Source of the DNA: Octopus bimaculoides
Lineage: Eukaryota
Assembly: GCF_001194135.2 (NCBI RefSeq)
Contig: NC_068983.1
Coordinates: 159,289,075 to 159,351,958 of the forward strand
Direction of reading: 5' to 3'
Length of the DNA: 62,884 nt
Shown here: positions 1 to 12,720 of the stretch, piece by piece
Position numbering within the stretch: the first letter of the stretch is position 1
Layout of the letters: each line of letters starts with the position of its first letter
Program-made: the position numbers and the translations under genes
The notes under the pieces: model-generated
Told to the model about the DNA's origin: nothing
The model's input: the letters and a program-made list of their open reading frames with translations, nothing else
Database searches by the model: none

Positions 1-544
1 TATGTATATATATATACACACATATACATTCATTTATAGGAAAACATATGGGTGCCTATGTGTTTATATAGTAAAACTTTACAAAATATGCGCACGCATG
101 ATGTTGCATTGTTCTTAAAACGATCTAATCATGTAGGTGAGAATGTTTAAACTCGTACCTCGGCTGCGATTCGTTTTGTTCTTGGAAGATCAAGATATTT
201 CTATAACGACTCGCTATATCTATGACATTAACTAAAACCAAATCTGTTGAGCTTGTATTCTTGAATTCAAATATTATGAAAAAAAAAAAAAATTACAAGA
301 GTAGCAATAACTACCAACAGAAGATGCAACTGCAACAGTGGCAACAGAAGCAACAACTGCACAACGAGCAGCAGTAGCAAAACCTGACTATCAGCAGCTA
401 AAAATAGCCAACGGCCCTTCAGATCTCTTCGCAGCGTCTTGCATAAGGGAAAAGATTAATTAATCTAGTTCTATGTATCACTAAAATAAGGGGGTGGTTA
501 CGGTTGGAATGCCATAGCTACCAAAGGTCTTATTTATAAAAGAA

Positions 545-635
545 CCTGCAATCAAGAAGTTTCGGGATCGGTCCAACTGCGAGTCATCTTGGACAAGTGT
601 CTTCTCCTATAACTTTGTGTTCCGGGCCAACCAAT
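545..635 (+). mobile_element. SINE family B, degenerate 5' head
   Basis: catcttggacaagtgtcttctcctataac...ccgggccaaccaat matches the head of the copies at 7481 and 62721. It runs into a (TA)n tract and an N-gap. Confidence 0.55.
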
Positions 636-1518
636 ATATATATATATGTGTGTGTATATATANNNNNNNNNNNNNNNNNNNNNNNNNNNNNNNNNNNNNN
701 NNNNNNNNNNNNNNNNNNNNNNNNNNNNNNNNNNNNNNNNNNNNNNNNNNNNNNNNNNNNNNNNNNNNNNNNNNNNNNNNNNNNNNNNNNNNNNNNNNNN
801 NNNNNNNNNNNNNNNNNNNNNNNNNNNNNNNNNNNNNNNNNNNNNNNNNNNNNNNNNNNNNNNNNNNNNNNNNNNNNNNNNNNNNNNNNNNNNNNNNNNN
901 NNNNNNNNNNNNNNNNNNNNNNNNNNNNNNNNNNNNNNNNNNNNNNNNNNNNNNNNNNNNNNNNNNNNNNNNNNNNNNNNNNNNNNNNNNNNNNNNNNNN
1001 NNNNNNNNNNNNNNNNNNNNNNNNNNNNNNNNNNNNNNNNNNNNNNNNNNNNNNNNNNNNNNNNNNNNNNNNNNNNNNNNNNNNNNNNNNNNNNNNNNNN
1101 NNNNNNNNNNNNNNNNNNNNNNNNNNNNNNNNNNNNNNNNNNNNNNNNNNNNNNNNNNNNNNNNNNNNNNNNNNNNNNNNNNNNNNNNNNNNNNNNNNNN
1201 NNNNNNNNNNNNNNNNNNNNNNNNNNNNNNNNNNNNNNNNNNNNNNNNNNNNNNNNNNNNNNNNNNNNNNNNNNNNNNNNNNNNNNNNNNNNNNNNNNNN
1301 NNNNNNNNNNNNNNNNNNNNNNNNNNNNNNNNNNNNNNNNNNNNNNNNNNNNNNNNNNNNNNNNNNNNNNNNNNNNNNNNNNNNNNNNNNNNNNNNNNNN
1401 NNNNNNNNNNNNNNNNNNNNNNNNNNNNNNNNNNNNNNNNNNNNNNNNNNNNNNNNNNNNNNNNNNNNNNNNNNNNNNNNNNNNNNNNNNNNNNNNNNNN
1501 NNNNNNNNNNNNNNNNNN

Positions 1519-1859
1519 ATCCGATCAACGGAACAGCCTGCTCGTGAAATTAACGTGCAAGTGGCTGAGCACTCCACAGACACGTGTACCCTTAACGTAG
1601 TTCTCGGGGATATTCAGCATGACACAGTGTGACAAGGCTGACCTTTTGAATTACAGGCACAACAGAAACAGGAAGTAAGAGTGAGAGAATGTTGTGGTGA
1701 AAGAGTACAGCAGGGTTCGCCACCATCCCCTGCCGGAGCCTCGTGGAACTTTAGGTGTTTTCGTTCAATAAACACTCACAACGCCCGGTCTGGGAATCGA
1801 AACCGCGATCCTATGACCGTGAGTCCGCTGCCCTGACCACTGGGCCATTGCGCCTCCAC
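1519..1859 (-). mobile_element. tRNA-headed SINE family C (3' end lost in gap)
   Basis: Reverse complement is nearly colinear with 18680-19020. A box tggcccagtgg, B box gtttcgattcc. Confidence 0.85.
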
Positions 1860-2042
1860 CTTTGAGAATGTATATCACTAACATTTCATTTATGTGATTT
1901 TGTTTTTCTTTCCGTCATTGTTTTCAAACCGAAATGCGATTAAATTGAGTGAGTGATAGTATTTGTTAGAATACTTGCTTACAAATGCACACACATACAT
2001 AGGAACGATTCTCCCGGCTCGCCACGGACATTAATGTTTGCA

Positions 2043-2268
2043 AGGCGGTGAGCTGGCAGAATCGTTAGCACGCCGGGCAAAGTGCTTATCGCCAGTTTGT
2101 CAGTCTTTGCGTCCTGCGTTCGAATTCTGCTGAATTCGATTTTATCTTTTATTCCCTTTGGGATGGGGGCGGGGGGGGGTGTTGATAAAATAGGTATGAG
2201 TTGACCACTGGGGTGAATCTCATAGACTTAGCCCCTCCCTGAGAGTTACTAGCCTTGTGCCAAAATAT
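2043..2268 (+). mobile_element. tRNA-headed SINE family A
   Basis: Head aggcggtgagctggcagaatcgttagc, B box gttcgaattc, 3' end gccttgtgccaaaat. About 20 related copies in the window. Confidence 0.8.
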
Positions 2269-2763
2269 GTCTCTGTCCATTATCAAACGATGACAAACAG
2301 AAGATATAAATAATAATACAGAAAAGAATAGAGCAAGCAAGCAAAACGAATTGGCGTGTTACGCAAACTCCAATCGCTATCCCTGATGAACTGAGCAGCT
2401 GTAGTTAGTATATGGATGTATACAAACATGACATTCAATAACCGAATAGATGTATTTCTTGTTACAATAACACCCCTTTATTTGTAGTGTAAAGGTTTTT
2501 CTTTTGAATTTTCATGCATGAAATGTAAATATAAATGCCTCTCTGCAATAATTAAGTCTAATTTCAATACGGGTTTCATGTGTGTTGATACGCATTTTTG
2601 CCTATGTCACGCAGTTACGAATTTGCAAAGTTATTTTGCTATTAGTGGTAGAACTTTTTTTACGTCAACAATTCAAAGAGGATGATGCCCGGTTCGATTA
2701 TCGATAGCAGGTTTTGTGCTTGTTATTTTATCTCAATTGTGTTGACACAAGAGCACATGCGCT

Positions 2764-2801
<38 letters not shown>

Positions 2802-3219
2802 TGTTTGTGTTCTTTCTGCTCACTCCCACAAATAACCCAAAATGTTCGCTTAAACCCTGTGTTAGAAGTGTCTAGAATTTAGACTCCAAATTTTGTTATA
2901 ATTGTTAGTAAAAATTATTTAATCATGCCTCGAGATTTCGTGCAGCTGAGATATATTTATATGAGCTGATCAATCAGTTAGTCTGTCTGTCTATTTATCT
3001 ATCTATCTATGCTATACCGTTACTCCCAATACATTTTTAAAATTCTCTCTACGTTTTTTTTTATTTCTCTTTTTGTTTTTTCCCTCTCATCCCTTTCTGT
3101 CGAAGAGTGTAGACTCGAAACGTCAAATACCTTTCCATTCTTTCCAAGCGTCAAACTAATACACATGCCTCTTGCTCCCTCACCTGTCATTGTCTTTTGT
3201 CGTCTGTACGTTTGAACTA

Positions 3220-3250
<31 letters not shown>

Positions 3251-3374
3251 GGTGAGTTATTTTTAGTGTTTTGACAGAAAAAAAACTCATTCTAAAACTG
3301 TGTTTTAACGTAAACGTGCCCAAACAAGCCGAATGCTTAAACAGAGCAGGTTTTACAGCCACATCATCCAAACT

Positions 3375-3404
3375 GCCCGGGTAAAACCGGGCTTAGCTGC
3401 TAAT
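3375..3404 (+). mobile_element. Probable Helitron 3' terminus
   Basis: GC hairpin gcccgg-gtaaaa-ccgggc (3375-3392), 7-nt spacer, then CTAA followed by T, fitting the CTRR|T Helitron end. No 5' TC end identified. Confidence 0.4.
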
Positions 3405-3660
3405 ATATATATANNNNNNNNNNNNNNNNNNNNNNNNNNNNNNNNNNNNNNNNNNNNNNNNNNNNNNNNNNNNNNNNNNNNNNNNNNNNNNNNNNNNNNN
3501 NNNNNNNNNNNNNNNNNNNNNNNNNNNNNNNNNNNNNNNNNNNNNNNNNNNNNNNNNNNNNNNNNNNNNNNNNNNNNNNNNNNNNNNNNNNNNNNNNNGT
3601 GTATGTGCGTGTATCTGTTTGTGTGATGTCGTGTGGAGTGGTGTGGTGTGTGTGTGTGTA

Positions 3661-3698
<38 letters not shown>

Positions 3699-3814
3699 TA
3701 AGTCGACACAGTTTCCGAGTACTGAATTCCATTTAGTTTCAAGTATTGGACAACCTGACTTTATAAAAGAAGACAAAAATGGAAATAGCGAAAAAAAAAA
3801 TAAAAACATAAAAA

Positions 3815-3910
3815 AACCCCACACACTTGCCCAAGTTGTCGCTCAATAGGATCGAAACCGTGACTGCATGGTTGCAAAAATAACTGCCTACCCACAGAGG
3901 CATACTTGCA
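3815..3910 (-). mobile_element. Degenerate SINE head (B-like)
   Basis: cacttgcccaag...gatcgaaacc is the reverse complement of ggtttcgatc...cttgggcaagtg. Confidence 0.4.
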
Positions 3911-4519
3911 CTTATAGTGAATTATTTATAGGGAAATCTATTTTTTTATTTACATAACCCACATTTATTAATATTGATAGAACAACGTTTTTACTCTAAG
4001 TTATATAATTGGACAGATATGTGCAGTTAGAAGCAGTATCGATAGACTGCAGCCGTTTCTCATTGTTCGTGTTATCATTCATTATCACTCTATGTCTTTT
4101 CTGTTTGATCGGCCTGAATCATTTGCCGAAAAGATATTGAATCCATTCTGCACCAGTAGCCAGGCTGTCTATTTACTCATTGATCGACAAAGAACTGGCT
4201 GGTTATTCACTAAAGTCTAGAAACGTCTCAAGTTTTACTAACTGTAGGGCAGCAGCATCTCGACATCGTCAATATCGCCAAATATTAATAGCTCTCAGCA
4301 AATCATAATGTGGAACCTATATTACTACCAACACGACTGGCATCACTGTCACTTTCGCAATCACTCTTACCGTCTTCATCGACATCTTCTATATTTCTCT
4401 TTCTATGCGTTGCCCATTTTAGCACTAGTTTCTTGGAAACTGGCTTTTACATTAGTTAAACGGGTCTAACTTATCCCGTATTAACGCCCATGCTTAAATA
4501 GAAGCAGAATATAATGAAA

Positions 4520-5180
4520 CTACCACCACCAACACCACCACTATCATCACCACCACCACCACCACCACCACCACCACCACTACTACCAACACCAACACCA
4601 ACACCACCACCACTATCNNNNNNNNNNNNNNNNNNNNNNNNNNNNNNNNNNNNNNNNNNNNNNNNNNNNNNNNNNNNNNNNNNNNNNNNNNNNNNNNNNN
4701 NNNNNNNNNNNNNNNNNNNNNNNNNNNNNNNNNNNNNNNNNNNNNNNNNNNNNNNNNNNNNNNNNNNNNNNNNNNNNNNNNNNNNNNNNNNNNNNNNNNN
4801 NNNNNNNNNNNNNNNNNNNNNNNNNNNNNNNNNNNNNNNNNNNNNNNNNNNNNNNNNNNNNNNNNNNNNNNNNNNNNNNNNNNNNNNNNNNNNNNNNNNN
4901 NNNNNNNNNNNNNNNNNNNNNNNNNNNNNNNNNNNNNNNNNNNNNNNNNNNNNNNNNNNNNNNNNNNNNNNNNNNNNNNNNNNNNNNNNNNNNNNNNNNN
5001 NNNNNNNNNNNNNACCAGTACCACCAGCAGCAGCGGCACCACCACAACTAACTCACACGCTATCAACTCAAAGAAAGAAAGAACTGCATTTGATAACGCA
5101 ATTTGAAGTATTCTTAAAAAAAAACAGCAGCAGCAACCGCAACAACAAGAACAACAATAACAACAACAACAACAATAATA
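4520..5180. repeat. Compound trinucleotide low-complexity tract (ACC/ACT, CAG, AAC/AAT) spanning an N-gap
   Basis: Visible repeats on both sides of gap 4618-5013. Confidence 0.9.
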
Positions 5181-5640
5181 ATGAGACGGGGAGGTCACGG
5201 TTGCAGTGCTTTTGATCGTAGGTTCGTTCAATCAGATTTGACAGCTGTGGTGGGATAAACAACAGCATTTATCAGTATTATCAGTAGCAGCGTTAACGAC
5301 AGCTAAAATATTAATAAAACATATATGGTAAACAGTAAATGGAATCCCTTCAAATTAAGGCGACATTTCTTAAACATTAATATCCCAGGTGATTCCAAGA
5401 ACATGAAGCACGTTCCCTTGTTCTCCTTTTTTTCTATATTTTGCTAAGTTTTTAGCAAATTGCTCGACATCCAATATTCATCAAATACGCAATATATGTG
5501 GAATTCAAGTCCAGCAGCAGCTCAATAAAGGGTAGTTAAAACCCTAGAAACACTAAGAAATAAAAAGGTGTACTGAATACACATGAATCCATATATATAT
5601 ATATGTGTGTGTGCGTGTATGTGTGTGTGTATATGTGTAT

Positions 5641-5678
<38 letters not shown>

Positions 5679-5827
5679 ATAGGTATGTGCATAGGTATGT
5701 GTGTATGGCTATCTGGATTTGTGCATATTCTGCACCCCTCCAATTTCATTTCTTTGCAGTTGTTTAAATTTAACTAACCATTTTAGACATGGATCTCAGT
5801 AATTCTTCTCACAAAGCTAAAAATATT

Positions 5828-6042
5828 CTTTTCTGCTCTTGGAACAAGGCCCGAAATTTTGGTGTGTAGGGGCTAGTCGATTAGATCGACCCCAGTACGC
5901 AACTAGTGCTCAATTTATCGACCCCGAAAGGATGAAAGGAAAAGTCGACCTCGGCGGAATTTGAACTCAGAACGTAAAGACAGACGAAATACCGCTAAGC
6001 ATTTCGCCTGGCGTGTTAACGTTCCTGCCAGCTCACCGCCTT
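5828..6042 (-). mobile_element. SINE family A, full length, well preserved
   Basis: Reverse complement of head (cagctcaccgcctt at 6029-6042), B box gaactcagaac, body tcgaccccgaaaggatgaaagg, tail cttttctgctcttggaacaaggc. Confidence 0.9.
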
Positions 6043-6756
6043 ACAGAACTAAAAATATTGAAAGGCGAACAATTAACTATAAAATGCGCATATATACTGT
6101 TTTTTCCCCTAATTTATGAGATAAGCAATGCAAGTTTATAAGTAATTTTTAGTCTTTTGCGAAATAACTATGAACATCGCTTAATCTCTGACACAAATAA
6201 TATACAAAAACATCGAAAAATTTTAAAGCTATTACAGATTAAAATTACAATATATTCAACCACCAGAAAGAATAAAGTTTCGTAGAATAAACTTGTTCTG
6301 GTGATGATACTTTTAAACAAGATTATTTCCAGAAAACCAGAAAATTAGTTTAATTCGTGATTTTATATAAACTTATGTGGTCATACACAGACATACGCAC
6401 GTATGCATTCATGCATACATACAAACATACATGAACACACACACACATACACACATACATGTGTACAAAGACACATACAGGCTCTATGTATAAATATATA
6501 CACACAAACACACACATAGATCAATTCCATTTGGTATGTAATATTGGAGTTGGGTTTATTAAGACCCTCCACAAGTATCGTCAATCAGGCCCTATTATAC
6601 AACGGAAATGGATCGCTTTACTGACGATATATCTGAAAATCTGCAAATATCCGTAGAATTTATATAAATATTAACAAGGAGAATGGAGTGAGCAATTCGT
6701 TTTATTGCAATAAAATGAATTGCTTATTCCATTCTCCATGTTAATCGATCAATCAT

Positions 6757-6797
<41 letters not shown>

Positions 6798-6859
6798 GTA
6801 GGTGTATAAGTAAATACATGTGCACATAGAGAGATAATGAGTGACAGAGATAACGAGAG

Positions 6860-6900
<41 letters not shown>

Positions 6901-7480
6901 AAGAGAGGGAGAGGGGGAGAAAGAGAGGGAGTTTGCAAACCAAAATCGAAGACTATTTTTTTGTTCAGCGGTCTAGAAAATAACCTGATATTATTTGGTA
7001 AATATTTAGACATGCATTAGGATGTGAGATGGGGGGTAAAAGAAAAAAAATAAACCCCTCTCTCATACTTGGTGTTGTGATTGTAAAGACATTCATGGAG
7101 CAGTAAAACTGTCAATTTACGAAAATGTTCCCTTTCGTGGGAAGGTGCTAATTTATTGCTTTATATGTCAACACACCCTCACTAAAATATGAACGTGGCA
7201 AAGAAATATATTTATAAACAGGCAACTTGTGTCCGTCGTGAATTTCTTCCCGTCCCACAGCTGCGTTGGGTCTGAATGAAGAAAGCTTGTATAATAACGA
7301 GCCAATAAATCTCTTCTTTATTGTCTCTTTAGCAAGGCTGGCTGAAACTCGACCGAGATTCAAGTTCTCCAGTGAATAAGTCGGACATACCTTTCAAATG
7401 TGTTACAGTTAAGGATTTGTGTATATATATAATACTTCGAAAGAAGTATTCTAATATAATAGCTTTCATATATACATATA

Positions 7481-7631
7481 GGTGCAGGCATAACTGTGTG
7501 TTAAGAAGCTTACTACCCAACCACAGGGTCCTGGGTTCAGTCCCACTGCATGGAACCTTGGGCAAGTGTTTTCTACTATAGCCTCGGGCCGACCATAGTC
7601 TTGTGAGTGGATTTGGCAGGCGGAAAGAAGC

Positions 7632-7707
<76 letters not shown>

Positions 7708-7954
7708 CGTATATCTATGTATATGTGTCTTTCTGTCTGTGTTGTCTCCTCCCCACCGCGGCCACCGCTTGACAACCGGTGTTGGGTGTGTTTGTATCCC
7801 CGTAACTTAGCGGTTCAGCAAAAGAGGCCGCTAGAATAAGCACTAGGCTTAAAAAAGAAGTACTGGGGTCGTTTCATTCGCCTAAAAAACCCTTTAAGGC
7901 GGTGCCCCGGCATGACCGCAGTCTAATGAATGAAACAAGTAAAGGATAAAAGAT
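7481..7954 (+). mobile_element. SINE family B, full length with internal (TCTA)n
   Basis: tRNA-like head (B box gggttcagtcc), then accttgggcaagtg (CORE-like), internal (TCTA)n at about 7634-7707, body, and 3' end gcatgaccgcagtc...gaaacaagtaaaggataaaag. Confidence 0.85.
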
Positions 7955-7957
7955 GAT

Positions 7958-8125
7958 ATATAGTCACCAAAAGTCACCATAATAGGACATAATAGGACAT
8001 AATAGGACATAATAGGACAAATTTATTTTTTTATAAGAAACAAATAAAAAGACTGTTTCTTATAAAAAAAAAAAGATAAATTGTCCTTATGCATGGCAAC
8101 TTTTGAATTTTTGAATCACCCTGTA
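7958..8125. mobile_element. Small palindromic MITE-like remnant with a Tc1/mariner-type end
   Basis: Right end reads TA-cagggtgattcaaaa on the minus strand. Inverted arms 8014-8042 and 8054-8087. 10-mer ataataggac x4 on the left arm. Confidence 0.45.
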
Positions 8126-8656
8126 TATGTATACATACATACATACATACATNNNNNNNNNNNNNNNNNNNNNNNNNNNNNNNNNNNNNNNNNNNNNNNN
8201 NNNNNNNNNNNNNNNNNNNNNNNNNNNNNNNNNNNNNNNNNNNNNNNNNNNNNNNNNNNNNNNNNNNNNNNNNNNNNNNNNNNNNNNNNNNNNNNNNNNN
8301 NNNNTATGTATGTATGTATGTATGTATGTATGTATGTATGTATGTATGTATGTATGTATGTATGTATGTATGTATGTCGCGATACAAATAACCTGGTGTT
8401 AGAATTCAATGTACATATCCTTCAGAAAAAAGCATTAGTCGAGCACAAAGCGCAGTAAGAGATTATATAACTGACAAGAGAGGAAGAAATTTATGTAACG
8501 AACTTTATTTGCTTACAGCTGTTTCTGCTATATGATGCAATGCACCTCTAGTTGAGTACTTCTGTATCGTCTTCTAGCAGAAACAGCTGTAAGCAAATGA
8601 AGTATATTTCATAATCTCCTGTTCCTTTGTAATTTATATAGTCTCTTATAAGCACT

Positions 8657-8657
<1 letters not shown>

Positions 8658-8742
<85 letters not shown>
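8658..8742. repeat. (CA)n microsatellite
   Basis: Visible directly. Confidence 0.95.
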
Positions 8743-8744
<2 letters not shown>

Positions 8745-9301
8745 TTTTCTCGTTAGAGCGTTCGTTCTTGCAGTATACATTCATACATATATATACATAC
8801 AAACATACTCACACAATCTATATTTATAAACAATCATGAAAATACGCACTAAGGGCAGTTGCTGATGTTAGCTAACACAAGACATTATTTGAACTCACTT
8901 TTCTTGGTTGACATCGGAATGCTACTTTATCAATTATGTCAGTTGGATGTTCCCTGTCTGTTCGTTGTATGGTCATCATATTTTGACACTACACTGCTGA
9001 CTGCATCCTCTTTCATAGTGTAGAACGACAATATAGATCAGTACGAAGTCGTACATTTCAAACACTGTGATTGTAAGACTATCGTACTTTCTCAGAATAT
9101 TAGCAGTATAAAATGAAATGAATTATTTCACCTCGAATACATTCTGGTTCACGGGAAGCAATCATGGACTTGAAGCAAGTAGGGACATGCATGAGTATTA
9201 CGTATTGATGAACTGAGAGAGGGGAACCCATAACTTATTCTGGTGTTAGCTAGCATTTAATTTCTGTCGACTTCTCTCACCGTTATTATTCTCTGCTGTG
9301 T

Positions 9302-9303
<2 letters not shown>

Positions 9304-9377
<74 letters not shown>
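9304..9377. repeat. (CA)n microsatellite
   Basis: Visible directly. Confidence 0.95.
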
Positions 9378-9381
<4 letters not shown>

Positions 9382-10069
9382 CACTCGCCTATACTCATAC
9401 ACACCATTAATCTTGCAAGTCTCACAAATTCTTGCCTTGTTTATTCATTTATAAGCGACGTCAAACGTTAATATGAGCATTTCATATTAATTTAAATATT
9501 ATCTGCTTTCCTGCGTTTCTCCACTTCTTTTCAGTAAATCTTCAACAGGTCAATACACATTCATTTCCGACGAATATCGCCAGGAAAGCTTTGCTACATT
9601 AATAATCTAACTTCTCTGTTTAATTCTCCGATCTACTTCCTGCAATGTCGATGAGTACATCAAATTTGCAAGTCTTTGTTGTCCGTCAACTATCATTTAA
9701 GTAAAGTTCAGTTGAACTCTTCATTAATTCTTTCCTGCGATTTACTGCTAGTGTTCAGTGATCTGGAAAGGTATCCGTCCCACTAGTTTGACATACTCTC
9801 AAACCAACATCTGTAAAATCTGATGCCCTATTGGCTGAGCTGACGCTTTATCGTTAGTTGCTAGAAAGAGTTGCTAAGTCTTCCTTTAGTCACACTAATA
9901 TCTTAAATACTTTAGGACATATTGAATAACGTAGTCCTGGAAGCACTGTTTCGGATGACACGACAGAGTGGGCATGAAAAATATTTGCTCATAAGCCTAA
10001 TCAACAAACTTTGATCAAGTTAACCATTTTGAGTTACTGGACGTTTTTGCTCCAGCAGGTATAGTTCAT

Positions 10070-10235
10070 GTTTTTGATTATTACACCAAACTGAGTTCAA
10101 ATTTTGTCGCAGTCGACTTTGCCGTTCATCCTTTCAGTGTCGATAAAATAAGCACCAGTTAAGCGTTGGGGGTCGATGTAATCGACTTACCTTCCTCTCC
10201 CGAACTCGCTGGCCTTGTGCCAAAATATGAAACCA
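10070..10235 (+). mobile_element. SINE family A, 5'-degenerate
   Basis: gagttcaaatt...gtcgactttgcc...ggggtcgatgtaatcgac...ggccttgtgccaaaatatgaaacc. Confidence 0.8.
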
Positions 10236-11175
10236 TTGTTACTTGAAATCCATAAAACCAGTAAATTTTCTTAAATAACTATATGAAGTTATTGTTTTGT
10301 GCCCAGCTTTAATGAGCAAATCTAGAATCGAATGAATTTCAACTCTGACTTCGCTATTTTTTTTATCAGGCGGTAATCTGAAATTTATGGGAAATTTGGC
10401 TGTTAGTTATTAGCAGGCCGATCAGCAGCATTGGGGCTTCTTTGTTAACTCCAAGTGGACGGGATAGTTTCAATACTTGAATAATTTATGTTCATCAATC
10501 ATCTTGCTGAAAAAAGTTATTGCTAGATATAAAATAATTTCTATTGATCCTTGAGAAATTTCAGACCCGAGATGTAACTAAATGCTGCTAGAGCAGGAAC
10601 ATGAAATTCCTACAGCCGCCAAGCTAGTTGACTAATACTTTGTGTAATACAGTGTTCATGAACTTGTATAATTTACTAATATATAAGTACCTTTATTTCA
10701 TTCTAGTGATAAGTAATTGGAATAAGAATTGCTTACTGATGCATGGTAGAGAATTTTTTTATTGAAATATTTATTGAAAGTCAACTTTTGAATACCTGAA
10801 ATTTCAACTTCGATTCAAATTTATAGTCACCAACATTGTTTTTAATACATGGCATTTAAACTGATAAAACATATAACGTTGTATCAGTAAAACCATTGTG
10901 TGTGTGTGTGTGAATGTGATGGGTGAGGGGGTTTGTGTGGGATAGACAATTTGTGAATCTAAAACTGGAATCAAGATGTTCTTTTTTTCAGTTCGAATTC
11001 AACTTTTACTTGATTTACGTCAATTCAATTTTAATGAATTTGAATTTTACTTTTATGCTTAAAATTTTAATCGATTCTGTCTTTTTACTTCTTGATTTCG
11101 ATTTATGAATTTATTTTAAAATGAAAATAAATAATAATAAAAAAAAACTCCCCAGCATTTCCTGATCCCATATTC

Positions 11176-11760
11176 GGATCTATTTTAAAACGGGGGCCAC
11201 ATTTTTCATTAATGTTTTACGTAGTGTTTTTGGTACGGAAAGACTTTCAAACTTCGTATACTTATCTATTTTGTTATAGAAAAGAAAAATATTTTTGTAT
11301 TCGAATTTATTTCATGTAAAAAATTATCTTATTTTGATAATTTCAACCAATCACTGACAAGTATTCAGTTGTTTACATTTACTCCTTTGGCTGATTAAGC
11401 GATGTAAAGCGTATTTAATCTCCATACCTTCGTTTTATTTGCTTTTTTCATTTTAAATTTGCTTTAACCCTAACCCTAGGGTTAGGGTTAGGGTTAGAGT
11501 TAGGGTTAGGGTTAGGGTTAATTGTTTCAGAATCGTTTGTTTATGTAGTCGGCACTAAATGTATATCGGCTGAATGGACGTCAGTGATTGGTTGAAATTA
11601 CAGAAATACGACAATTTTAACATGGAATAACTTATGGATTTCTTTTTTTTTTAAAGAAGACTAAGAGAAAAAGATGTTTTATATGACACATTCTACCAGT
11701 GTTCCAAGTTTCAAAGTGTTTCGTTAATGAAAAATGTGGCCCCCGTTTTAAAAAAGATCC
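11176..11760. mobile_element. Non-autonomous DNA transposon (fold-back MITE), 585 bp, 37-bp TIRs, 8-bp TSD
   Basis: Left TIR ggatctattttaaaacgggggccacatttttcattaa (11176-11212) and right TIR (11724-11760) differ at 1 position. TSD ccatattc at 11168-11175 and 11761-11768. Inner perfect 21-bp inverted repeat at 11338-11358 and 11580-11600. Confidence 0.9.
11465..11520. repeat. Interstitial telomeric repeat, (CCCTAA)2 head-to-head with (TTAGGG)7
   Basis: taaccctaaccctagggttagggttagggttagagttagggttagggttagggtta. Confidence 0.95.
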
Positions 11761-12253
11761 CCATATTCTTATCCCCGCTAGAATCTTGGGTGCCACTGCT
11801 TGTTTATTCTTAGTGATGTCTCGTTAAGCAATTTGCCTAGTGTGCCAACGATTCTGCCAATTCGCCACTTTGCAAGAACCCATCATAATATCAGAATATT
11901 ATATTTATATAATGCCCATTCTATTTCCGAAGGCATTAATGATGTTTACGAAGTAAAATAGCAGCCATCAAAGAATCGAAATGGAGAAGTGAATCTGTCT
12001 TGTTCGGTCGCATGCTTAAGAAGTTTGCTATTGACGTGCAAAGCTGTGTGACGGGGATCATGCGTGAGAATCTTATGAAGTGTATGGGTATCTGTGAAAT
12101 ACATAACTTACACTGTAATTCAGTGAGCAAGAAGTTCAGATAACTGAACACATGCATACACATTAAGGAAACCGACAGAGATCCATTTACAGGTCTCCCC
12201 CCACACACACAGACACGCACGCACACACTCACCCATACACACACACACACACC

Positions 12254-12309
<56 letters not shown>

Positions 12310-12349
12310 NNNNNNNNNNATGTACCCTATGTACATGTAAAAACGTATG

Positions 12350-12384
<35 letters not shown>

Positions 12385-12514
12385 AAAATATTGACGGCAC
12401 ATGGATCTATAAGAAACTCACCACAAGCCGTTTCAAGATTCAGAAACATGTAATCAACTGTTGTTATTATAATTCCCTTTTAACGCTACCAGGGATAATT
12501 GTTCCTTACATAAG

Positions 12515-12720
12515 CACAGGACCAGAAATCTGCAAGCTGGGGTTAGTTGGTTGCATCAACTCTAATACTATGCTATAGATATACTTTTTAGATCACGGTG
12601 TGATGACAGGCAAAATTGATTTCGGCAGGATTTGAACTCAGAATGTAGAAAGACGGATGAAATACCGCAAAGTATTTTTGTTAGATGCTCTAACGATTCT
12701 GTCAATCAATTGTTCTCATA
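12515..12720 (-). mobile_element. SINE family A, degenerate
   Basis: aggatttgaactcagaatgtagaaagacggatgaaataccgc...taacgattctgtcaa. Confidence 0.65.

Noticed and set aside
9500-9900. Possible RTE-type LINE remnant on the minus strand
   Set aside because: Only vague peptide resemblance with frequent stops and no diagnostic motif.
11465-11520. True chromosome end or ancient chromosome-fusion site
   Set aside because: It is only 56 bp and lies inside a TIR element with a TSD, so it was more plausibly delivered by transposition.
11936-12130. Stretch open on both strands (+: IKESKWRSESVLFGRMLKKFAID...)
   Set aside because: No recognisable domain and no coherent splice pair. The minus ORF is inflated by (CA)n and a gap.
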